NCBI GenBank assembly: GCA_023128855.1
Contig: JAGMDE010000002.1
Span: 1 to 32,928, forward strand
Length of the DNA stretch: 32,928 nucleotides
Direction: 5' to 3'
Origin: Thermoplasmatales archaeon
GTDB taxonomy: Archaea; Thermoplasmatota; E2; DHVEG-1
Both the position numbers and the translations under genes were made by a program. The notes below the pieces were generated by a model, which searched no databases, was not told the origin of the DNA, and saw only the letters and a list, made by a program, of their open reading frames with translations. Shown here in pieces: positions 25,683-32,928 of this stretch (the stretch's first letter is position 1; each line of letters starts with the position of its first letter).

Positions 25683-25712
25683 AAGAGATTCAACTATCTC
25701 TTTTCTATTTTT
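25682..25712. terminator. hairpin plus T-run between convergent genes
   Basis: aaagagat-tcaact-atctcttt (8-bp stem, 6-nt loop) followed by tctattttt. It lies between the stop at 25682 and the purP stop at 25732. Confidence 0.35.
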
Positions 25713-25731
25713 AGAGAGAATCTATAACAAA

Positions 25732-26799
25732 CTATGTAAGAATTTCATTTAAAAGATTCTTTTTTGCAGCAAACTTAATTTCCTGAGCTATTCTCCTACC
25801 AGTTGAAAGATCAGGTTGAATCATCTCAGAATAGGGCGATCCTGCAATATAAGGATTTGTCCCAGCAACAATTCTAGAAGAAATCTCAAAGACTCTAAAC
25901 TCCAAATCCTCAGTTACCACAGTTTCCAAACAAAAAGATCCTATCATTCCGCCAAATAGCTTCAAAGATTTTTCAACAACTGCTTCACCCATTTTAAAAA
26001 CTTTAGGAAGAAGAGACTCACGCATAACAATAGGAATATTACCAGTTACAACAAATGTTGGATGAATGCCAAGTTCTTCAAGTTCAGCAATTGAGCCAAG
26101 TCTTTGAACTTCATCAATGGTTGTTTCATCACGTCTATCCATAGAAAGAAGCTGAAGACTGCCTTTACTAAGCTTGTATGCGTTATCTTGAATTGGAGAA
26201 TAAAAATAATGAATGTAATAACGAGTGCCCATAACAAACTCTTGGATAATGTAAGATTTTCCCTTTTCAATTCGTTTTTTAAATTCATCATAGGTTTTTG
26301 CTATGAAAAAACCTTTACCACCCTTTGCACCATGATATTTCACAATAACAGGTTTATCAATATTCTTGGGGTCTTTGATTTCCTTAGGCATTACAAGGCC
26401 AGCGCCTTCGAGCCATTTTCTCTCCATGTTTCTATCAGATTCCCACTTGAGAACATCTCTATTTCCAAATGTTGGAAGATCAAGTGTTGAAAATTTATCT
26501 GCACCTAGATATTCAACAAAAGAGCCATGAGGGATAACGATAGCGTTTTTTTCTCTCAATTCCTCTGTAAATTTTAAAATATCTTTGTAATTATCAACAA
26601 TAAGAAACTCATCTGGTTTACCTAATGGAAAAGCATCATAAAATTTCTTTTTTTCACCGACTGAAATACCAATTGTCTTGAGTCCTTCTTTTCTTGCACC
26701 ATTAAAAATCTGAAGAGAAGAATGAGAACAGACAGTGGCTATTCTAAGGTTTTTTTTATCGTAAGATGTAAGCATGTCGTTTACATTTATTTTGGTCAT
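25732..26799 (-). CDS. purP: 5-formaminoimidazole-4-carboxamide ribonucleotide (FAICAR) synthetase, ATP-grasp, archaeal PurP
   Basis: IATVCSHSSLQIFNGARKEGLKTIGI, KFYDAF...DEFLIVDNY and ATP-grasp-type segments resemble methanogen PurP proteins over the full length. Confidence 0.85.
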   Translation of the reverse strand: MTKINVNDMLTSYDKKNLRIATVCSHSSLQIFNGARKEGLKTIGISVGEKKKFYDAFPLGKPDEFLIVDNYKDILKFTEELREKNAIVIPHGSFVEYLGADKFSTLDLPTFGNRDVLKWESDRNMERKWLEGAGLVMPKEIKDPKNIDKPVIVKYHGAKGGKGFFIAKTYDEFKKRIEKGKSYIIQEFVMGTRYYIHYFYSPIQDNAYKLSKGSLQLLSMDRRDETTIDEVQRLGSIAELEELGIHPTFVVTGNIPIVMRESLLPKVFKMGEAVVEKSLKLFGGMIGSFCLETVVTEDLEFRVFEISSRIVAGTNPYIAGSPYSEMIQPDLSTGRRIAQEIKFAAKKNLLNEILT

Positions 26800-26865
26800 A
26801 ACGGCGACACCCTTACACCCCTTGAATAACCATAACTATTTTAATAGTTTCGATGTGTTTGTTTA

Positions 26866-27333
26866 TTATTTGCCAAAGTAAGCTCTTACTTCCTTTCTTG
26901 TTAAAATAAAGAGTGAAGTTGGTATTAAAAAAATCAAAAATATGTAACCTATGTATTGAAAGCCTGTTTGAATATCTGTAAAGATATTGTCAAAAGATTC
27001 ATTTATTATCATTATTCCTACCATATAAATTCCAAGAAATACATGATATCCTAAGAATGATGAAAACATTATCCCGATAAGCCATGACCATTTTTTATTG
27101 AATAACGTCCCGTAAGATGATACAGCTGATAAAATTATTATGCCTAAATATAGCAGCAAATATAAAATAAAACTATAAGAGATGTATAGATCCAATTCAG
27201 ATATTGAACCGCTATGAAAACTCAATGTATCTAAGTATCTAAGGGTATGGATAATTAGTATGCCGGAAAATATTATGCTTATTCCAATCCATAAGATTAA
27301 TAAAATATAGATATTGGTTGGTTTTTTTTCCAT
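26866..27333 (-). CDS. hypothetical integral membrane protein (about 4 TM segments)
   Basis: 155-aa ORF with four long hydrophobic stretches. No family recognised. Confidence 0.5.
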   Translation of the reverse strand: MEKKPTNIYILLILWIGISIIFSGILIIHTLRYLDTLSFHSGSISELDLYISYSFILYLLLYLGIIILSAVSSYGTLFNKKWSWLIGIMFSSFLGYHVFLGIYMVGIMIINESFDNIFTDIQTGFQYIGYIFLIFLIPTSLFILTRKEVRAYFGK

Positions 27334-27656
27334 TTTTTCCCTCCTTTCTAAAAACCATATGTTTTTTTAGAAATTATATTTTTGGATATTATTGTCAAGA
27401 TATCCGGTAACATTTGTACAACAACCCTTTAAAAGCAAGAAAACAAACCTTTAATTGATAACAATGTTAATTGTAGGGCAAGTATCCAGTAAAGAAGAAG
27501 CAAACGAGATTACTTTTATTGCTAAACTTTTCGTAGTTGGACAACGTGCAAGATTTCTTGCCCATCAGAAAGACAAAAATAACGATTAAATCCTTTTTTT
27601 GTTATATTTTATTCAATAAACTTTATTTACCCGTTGTTAGTTAAAAAATTACAACG

Positions 27657-29078
27657 GTGATTAAGCTGGTCAATCTAAGATTTTATGGGGGAATCAATGA
27701 GATAGGTGGAAACAAGATTCTCCTTGAAGACAATGATACAAAAATATTCTTAGATTTTGGCATGAGTTTTAGTAGGCGAGAAAAATATTTTGAAGAGTTT
27801 TTACGACCGAGAACTGCAAATGGCATTGGCGATTTTCTTGAAGTGAATCTAACACCTGATATATCTGGTATTTATCGTGAAGATCTTTTAGAACATCTAG
27901 GCAGAAAACCAGAAAATCCAGTTGTACAAGGAGTGGTTTTGTCTCATGCACATGCTGATCATGCAAATTATATTTCATTTCTTCACAAAGACATCACAAT
28001 CTATTGCGGTGAAACATGTAAATACATCCTTGAAGCAGTTGACGAGCAAACCCAGAGAGATCTTGAAAATGAGGTTTTAAACTTTAAAATTCGACCGCTT
28101 TACAATAAGGATAGGAAGAATCCTCCTATAAAGCGACAAATTAATACTTTTAGAACTGGGGATAAATTTAAGATTGATTCGCTAGAAATTAAGCCTATCG
28201 CAGTAGATCACAGTGTCCCCGGAGCATATGGATTTATAATCTATACATCTGAAGGAGCTGTGGTTTATACTGGTGATCTACGGATGCATGGAACACATGC
28301 ATATATGACAAAGGAGTTCATCAATGCCTCCAAAGAGGTTAAACCAATTGCAATGATAACAGAAGGGACGAGGATAGATCTTAAAAAAACCGATGAATCT
28401 GAGCAGAAGGTTTACAACGATTCAAAAAATGAGTTATCTAAAAACAAAAATCTATCAATTGTTGATTTTAACTTCAAAGATGTGGATCGATTTACCACAT
28501 TTTATAAGATGGCTAAAGATCTGAATAAAAAGCTTGTAATTAGTTTCAAACATGCATGTTTTCTTGAGAGATATCACAGGGATAAAAAACTTAGAACACC
28601 TGATAGCAAAGATAATCAAATACTCTTATTGAAACCTAAAAGACTAACTGGAACATATATAGATGAGGATTACACAGATTGGTATATTAAAAAACGTCTG
28701 AATTATCCAAATATTATCCTTGCTGAAGATATAGCTAGGAACCCGAGTAAATATGTGGTTGTTTTGAACTTTTATTATTTCAACATGCTCGTTGATTTAA
28801 AACCTAAAAATGGGACATACATTCATTCACTATCTGAACCGTTTAACGAAGAAATGGAAATATCATATGAAAGGATGAATAACTGGCTGAATCATTTTGA
28901 TGTAAAATTTGTCCAATCGCATTGCTCTGGACATATTAGTGGACCGGATTTATATGATTTAATCGAGACCATTAATCCAAAAAAGGTATTTCCTATTCAT
29001 ACAGAACATCCAGAAATGTTCAAAAAGTTAAATATGAATGTTGAAATTGTAGAAGAAGGAAAAAAATATGAGACATAG
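27657..29078 (+). CDS. metallo-beta-lactamase / beta-CASP ribonuclease, RNase J-like
   Basis: GTG start. N-terminus FYGGINEIGGNKILLED..KIFLDFG, HxHxDH motif VLSHAHADHANY, downstream DHS and a C-terminal HCSGH. About 470 aa with no KH domains. Confidence 0.65.
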   Translation: MIKLVNLRFYGGINEIGGNKILLEDNDTKIFLDFGMSFSRREKYFEEFLRPRTANGIGDFLEVNLTPDISGIYREDLLEHLGRKPENPVVQGVVLSHAHADHANYISFLHKDITIYCGETCKYILEAVDEQTQRDLENEVLNFKIRPLYNKDRKNPPIKRQINTFRTGDKFKIDSLEIKPIAVDHSVPGAYGFIIYTSEGAVVYTGDLRMHGTHAYMTKEFINASKEVKPIAMITEGTRIDLKKTDESEQKVYNDSKNELSKNKNLSIVDFNFKDVDRFTTFYKMAKDLNKKLVISFKHACFLERYHRDKKLRTPDSKDNQILLLKPKRLTGTYIDEDYTDWYIKKRLNYPNIILAEDIARNPSKYVVVLNFYYFNMLVDLKPKNGTYIHSLSEPFNEEMEISYERMNNWLNHFDVKFVQSHCSGHISGPDLYDLIETINPKKVFPIHTEHPEMFKKLNMNVEIVEEGKKYET

Positions 29079-29643
29079 TTTATTGATTAAAACCTCTGGT
29101 TTTTGTGGAGTTACTCTCCCAATTTTTACATTTTTATTCATATTACGTTCAATGAGTCGAGTTACAGGTTTTAGCTGGACTGAAAACGCGATAAGTGATC
29201 TTGGAAGAATCGGTTATGGCACTTCTTATTTTAACTTTGGATTAATTATAATTGGAATTTTACTTCTAGTTTTTTCAATTGGATTAAATCTTGCATTAAA
29301 GACCCAAAGGGTTGGACCAACTGTTTTTGCGTTAAGTGCAATTTATCTGGTAGGAGTAGGTATTTATCCACTACCAACCTCTGAACATATAGATCTATCA
29401 GGGTTGTTTTTTATTGCATTTACCTTTGGTTTTTTAGTATTTGGGATTAAAAATTATAAAAATCAAGTTGATTTTTTGAAAAAAATGGGGGGTTTTGCAT
29501 TAATTGTTGTTGCATTTGCAGCAATTGCACCAATTTCTTTGATTTTTGTAAGTGGAATTGCTATTCCTGAGGCGATGATGCTATTTCCTGGGTTTATTTG
29601 GTGTTTCGTTTTTGGAATTTACATGATTTTATCCAAATTTTGA
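29068..29643 (+). CDS. DUF998-like membrane protein
   Basis: Six hydrophobic segments and AISDLGRIGYGTSYFNFGLIIIG, which resembles the DUF998 signature. Overlaps the preceding gene by 11 nt. Confidence 0.45.
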   Translation: MRHSLLIKTSGFCGVTLPIFTFLFILRSMSRVTGFSWTENAISDLGRIGYGTSYFNFGLIIIGILLLVFSIGLNLALKTQRVGPTVFALSAIYLVGVGIYPLPTSEHIDLSGLFFIAFTFGFLVFGIKNYKNQVDFLKKMGGFALIVVAFAAIAPISLIFVSGIAIPEAMMLFPGFIWCFVFGIYMILSKF

Positions 29644-29756
29644 TACAAAATATGACATTTGTTTTATATATGACGTTAACTTATTGGAATAAAGAAAACT
29701 GTATAAACCTTAAAAATATTGTAAAATAAACTTTGAGTTTATCTGGGGGAGTGAAT

Positions 29757-30836
29757 ATGCCAGATCTTTACAAATATAGTAAAAAGAAGGATGAACAAAC
29801 CATGATAGAAACAGATACAGGTAAAAGAAAAAAAGAACAATTCGTTGAAAATCTTCGTGAAGGAGATGTAGTTAACGACCTTTATGCTGTTAAAATAAAA
29901 AATCCTCCACGACCCTATAAGAGAGGAACATGGTTTGGCCTTGTTGCAACAGATAAAACAGGTGAAATCAGCGTAAAATTCTGGGGCGGTGATAACAAGG
30001 AGCGTGTTAAGAGACTTTATGATAGTTTCAAAGTCGGTGATGTTATCCAAGTAAGACTTGGAAACGTAGAGATTTATGAAGATAAACCCCAGATATCTAT
30101 TAATGAAACCGTTGGTGGACTTAGAAGATGCAGTCCGAACGAGTATGATGTTAGAGATTTCATTCCGTCACTTGATGATAAAAAAATAAAGGAGCTATTA
30201 GAAGTAATAAAAAAGGATATTGCTAGTGTTGAAAACGCTCAACTTAAGACTCTTCTCAATCTGTTTTTTAATGATTCTGATTTTGTGAAGGATTATTCTC
30301 ATTCTCCTTCTGCTATTACTCATCATCATAATTATGTCGGTGGAAATCTTGAGCATGGTGTTGGTGTTGTTAGACTTTGTAAAAATATTTGTGAGATGTA
30401 TGAGAATATCAACAAGGATTTAGTAATAACTGGTGGAATTCTTCACGACATTGGTAAAATCAAGGAGTATAAAGTGGGGGCAGCTATTGATAAAACTGAT
30501 GAGGGGAATTTTATCGGCCATATTGTAATGGGCGACAGATGGATTCGGGAAAAAATAGGTGAACTTAGAGAGAAAGGAAAAGATTTTGATCAGAATCTTG
30601 AGGATAAGTTATGCCACATCATGCTTAGTCACCATGGAAAGTACGAGTTTGGTTCACCACGTATGCCAAAAACCATTGAAGCTTGTATTGTTCATGCAGC
30701 TGATTTGATGGATTCACAGGTTAAAAATTTCATTCAAACTATTGAGGAAGGTAGAAAAACTAGTGAGGATGAATGGGCATTTATATGGGATTCTGATGTT
30801 GGTATGAAGAGATCAATGTATCTAGGTGAGGATTAG
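29757..30836 (+). CDS. OB-fold plus HD-domain phosphohydrolase/nuclease (YhaM-like 3'-5' exoribonuclease family)
   Basis: I prefer the ATG at 29757 (GGGGGAGTG SD). N-terminal OB-fold-like segment DVVNDLYAVKIKN...ISVKFWG. HD motifs HHHNYVGGNLEHG, GILHDIGK and LSHHG. Confidence 0.7.
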   Translation: MPDLYKYSKKKDEQTMIETDTGKRKKEQFVENLREGDVVNDLYAVKIKNPPRPYKRGTWFGLVATDKTGEISVKFWGGDNKERVKRLYDSFKVGDVIQVRLGNVEIYEDKPQISINETVGGLRRCSPNEYDVRDFIPSLDDKKIKELLEVIKKDIASVENAQLKTLLNLFFNDSDFVKDYSHSPSAITHHHNYVGGNLEHGVGVVRLCKNICEMYENINKDLVITGGILHDIGKIKEYKVGAAIDKTDEGNFIGHIVMGDRWIREKIGELREKGKDFDQNLEDKLCHIMLSHHGKYEFGSPRMPKTIEACIVHAADLMDSQVKNFIQTIEEGRKTSEDEWAFIWDSDVGMKRSMYLGED

Positions 30837-30841
30837 ATTTT

Positions 30842-31012
30842 ATGAAGAAAGATATGGTTAAAATTCTCTGCTGTCCAACATGCAAAGGTAATTTAGAATT
30901 AGACATTAAAAAAGAAGAAAAAGGAGAGATCATCGAAGGTAGTTTTACTTGTAAAAAGTGTAATTGTGATTATTCGATAGAAGATGGAATTCCTAATCTT
31001 TTACCGAAATAA
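30842..31012 (+). CDS. Trm112-family zinc-ribbon protein (methyltransferase activator), 56 aa, below the ORF-track cutoff
   Basis: KILCCPTCKGNLEL...FTCKKCNCDYSIEDGIPNLLP. Two CxxC pairs and the terminal dGIPnlL motif are typical of Trm112/UPF0434. Confidence 0.75.
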   Translation: MKKDMVKILCCPTCKGNLELDIKKEEKGEIIEGSFTCKKCNCDYSIEDGIPNLLPK

Positions 31013-31027
31013 GACAAGAATTTATTT

Positions 31028-32065
31028 TTATGATGAAGCTTGCTTTTCAATATTGTAAAGGCAGAACGGATCAGAATGAAGCTTTCCAGCGGTTGAAATA
31101 GAAACAGCCGCACAACCACCTTTGCAGCTTTTACCATGTTTACAATCAATACAGTTACCCTTTAGTTGTTCTTTTGAAAAATTTCTATTAAAAGCACAAA
31201 AACTAGAATCATTCCATATTTCCTTGATGCTTTTTTCCAGAATATTACCCTGAACAAAATTATCAGGTAGAGATAAACATCCAATAACGTTGCCATTACT
31301 CTGGATACCAAGAACACTCATGCCAGCTTGACACCCTTCCCAACGAGGAGAGAGCATAACATTGGGAAGAACCTTTGAATGATATCCTATGCAATGTGCA
31401 CCCATAACTGGTAGTTTTTCTATGCCATACTTCTTCCTACTGGTTGCAATAAACAAGGCAAGAGAGTAAAACTCTTTTTCAGTAAGATGAAATTTCTTTG
31501 GAAAACGACCAATCGGATCTGCTATCTGAATCTGCCAAGCTATATTTCTGTTTAGAATGAAGTTTTTCATATCGGGTATTTCTTTAAAATTTAGTTTATG
31601 AACCGTTGTGATAACGCTGGTGGGGATATCTGCAGTTCTAAGCAATTTTAAAGCATTCATACATCTATCAAAACTACCTTTGACGCCTCTTATTTTATCA
31701 TGGGTTTCAGCTGTAGCACCATCGATACTAACAGTTACTGCATATGGCTGAAGAGGTTTAATCTTCTTAACGATCTCATCATTAATGTTATAACCATTTG
31801 ACATAACTGTAAAATTCATTCCATAATCTTTGATTGCTTTCATGATTTCATACCAATCTTTACGTAAGAATGGTTCACCGCCCATACATGTAACCAATCC
31901 ACAGCCAAGCTCAGATAAATCCTGGAAAAGTTTTTTCATTTCATCAAATGATAACTCATAATCTCTGGTTTTACCTGCTGATGACCCGCAGTGCATGCAA
32001 TTCATATTGCATTCAAGGGTTAGTTCAATAACAGTAGAATAAGGAACAAGTCTTTTCTTAAACAT
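31028..32065 (-). CDS. radical SAM enzyme with C-terminal SPASM domain
   Basis: CNMNCMHCGSS (CxxxCxxC), GGEPFL, and a C-terminal Cys cluster GCQAG...GCLS...CIDCKHGKSCKGGCAA...DPFC typical of SPASM auxiliary clusters. Confidence 0.85.
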   Translation of the reverse strand: MFKKRLVPYSTVIELTLECNMNCMHCGSSAGKTRDYELSFDEMKKLFQDLSELGCGLVTCMGGEPFLRKDWYEIMKAIKDYGMNFTVMSNGYNINDEIVKKIKPLQPYAVTVSIDGATAETHDKIRGVKGSFDRCMNALKLLRTADIPTSVITTVHKLNFKEIPDMKNFILNRNIAWQIQIADPIGRFPKKFHLTEKEFYSLALFIATSRKKYGIEKLPVMGAHCIGYHSKVLPNVMLSPRWEGCQAGMSVLGIQSNGNVIGCLSLPDNFVQGNILEKSIKEIWNDSSFCAFNRNFSKEQLKGNCIDCKHGKSCKGGCAAVSISTAGKLHSDPFCLYNIEKQASS

Positions 32066-32113
32066 CCCAAATCACTCTCAAAATAAGGAAAGAGAAGGTT
32101 TTTATATTATATT

Positions 32114-32332
32114 TTATAAAAACCTACCCATCTGAATGAAATCATTTATACTGCCACCAGCATAACGCGATCCATTAGATGCAATATTTTGTAATATTAC
32201 TATTGCAAAGAATGCGAATAAGCTGGCAATCACTATATTTTTCCTTGATTTCACGGCCATGGATATTTCACTCTTTCCCAATTTTAGCATTTCGCCTGTC
32301 TCATTTAACAGACTGTTTAGTTTTGCGTTCAT
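32114..32332 (-). CDS. small single-pass membrane protein (72 aa) immediately upstream of the radical SAM gene
   Basis: I prefer the ATG at 32332 (AT-rich TATA-like sequence and AAGGT upstream); the longer ORF-track start runs through that promoter. One hydrophobic helix (IVIASLFAFFAIVIL) followed by NIASNGSRYAGGSINDFIQMGRFL. Confidence 0.4.
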   Translation of the reverse strand: MNAKLNSLLNETGEMLKLGKSEISMAVKSRKNIVIASLFAFFAIVILQNIASNGSRYAGGSINDFIQMGRFL

Positions 32333-32487
32333 GTTTTTCGACCTTGCCAATATATTATAAATTTTTAGTATATTTAAATATGGTGTTATAAATATCACAA
32401 AAAGACGATATTTTGTTATATATGGAACATATGGCACAAAAAAATAGCATTTACAAGAATATTTTACTATGAACAACAACAAAAAAT

Positions 32488-32928
32488 TTAATTTTTCATG
32501 AAATTTCTTATATCTTTAATAATATCGTTTGATTCATCAATATCTCTAATATACTTTTTAAAACGCGGAGCTCTATTATCTAGAATGACAGCTACACCAC
32601 GATCTTTTTCATCGCGGATAAGGCGACCAATAGATTGTAGAAGCTTTCTAGCAGTAGGTGCCTCAACTGTGTACTCCCAACCTTTTCCAAACTTAATATC
32701 ATAATACCTTTGAAGTCCTCGTTGTCGAGCAGTTGGCTTAGGATAGGGAATACCAACGATTGCTGCTATCTCTAATTGTTCAGCTGGAAAATCCATTCCC
32801 TCGCTTATTCTACCACCAATCACAGAAAAAAGAGCAGCACCTTCACCATCTTGATTGCCGTGATCTTTAAAATTAGAAACTAATTCCATCAGAGCTGTTT
32901 GAGACATCTCCCGCTCTTCAAAATAGAT
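32488..32928 (-). CDS. XPD/Rad3-family (DinG-like) helicase, C-terminal part; 5' end lies right of the window
   Basis: GRISEGMDFP, IVGIPYP and motif VI-like QSIGRLIRDEKDRGVAVILDNR. The frame is open upstream of the ATG at 32907 to the window edge (IYFEEREM). Confidence 0.8.
   Translation of the reverse strand: MYFEEREMSQTALMELVSNFKDHGNQDGEGAALFSVIGGRISEGMDFPAEQLEIAAIVGIPYPKPTARQRGLQRYYDIKFGKGWEYTVEAPTARKLLQSIGRLIRDEKDRGVAVILDNRAPRFKKYIRDIDESNDIIKDIRNFMKN

Noticed and set aside
27464-27589. 41-aa ORF (MLIVGQVSSKEEANEITFIAKLFVVGQRARFLAHQKDKNND) in the 320-nt divergent intergenic region, followed by a T-run; also considered as an ncRNA
   Set aside because: No SD, no recognisable family, no C/D-box or other RNA signature, and only a 7-nt inverted repeat (gggcaag/cttgccc). 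The evidence is insufficient either way.
252-32704. Short ORF-track entries nested in or antisense to long genes: 252-482, 751-984, 798-1022, 2170-2355, 4760-4966, 6892-7149, 7884-8096, 8504-8701, 13566-13757, 14484-14789, 16342-16524, 17103-17432, 17823-18050, 20175-20357, 22388-22570, 23136-23390, 23332-23556, 23785-24015, 26046-26291, 26104-26490, 27769-27978, 29739-30050, 32179-32391, 32498-32704
   Set aside because: Each lies entirely or mostly within a longer ORF that has clear family motifs. Their translations are low-complexity (Ile/Leu/Phe/Cys-rich, typical of off-frame reading of AT-rich DNA) and they have no SD or recognisable motif.

Overview
AT-rich archaeal chromosomal window. 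Archaeal markers are FEN1, PurP, an XPD/Rad3 helicase, Trm112, an RNase J-like nuclease, and tRNA genes with no encoded CCA. Strong GGAGG-type ribosome-binding sites sit 7-8 nt upstream of many starts. The left ~18 kb is an accessory island made almost entirely of secreted, N-glycosylation-sequon-rich hydrolases: four M28/PA-domain peptidase-like paralogs, two papain-like C1 peptidases, a C25-like peptidase and a stand-alone beta-helix protein. Two cytoplasmic sulfotransferases and an alkaline-phosphatase-superfamily enzyme are also in the island. The island is punctuated by two near-identical tRNA-Gly(CCC) genes and four tRNA-Gly half-fragments. These delimit four ~2-kb single-gene peptidase cassettes, and no integrase or transposase is present. 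The right ~14 kb is mostly housekeeping (pepE, fen, MFS transporter, argF, purP, RNase J-like, OB/HD nuclease, Trm112, radical SAM/SPASM, XPD) but holds two more secreted proteins. Five unrelated secreted proteins share a ~25-aa C-terminal tail (consensus FLExFPxLxxLL), and an orphan relic of that tail lies between pepE and fen. Other points: two genes appear to start at near-cognate codons (ATT, CTG) behind a strong SD, a gene is bracketed by imperfect inverted repeats with a perfect 16-nt palindrome, and a divergent promoter carries an operator-like palindrome array. All family calls come from motif recognition by eye; no database search was run.
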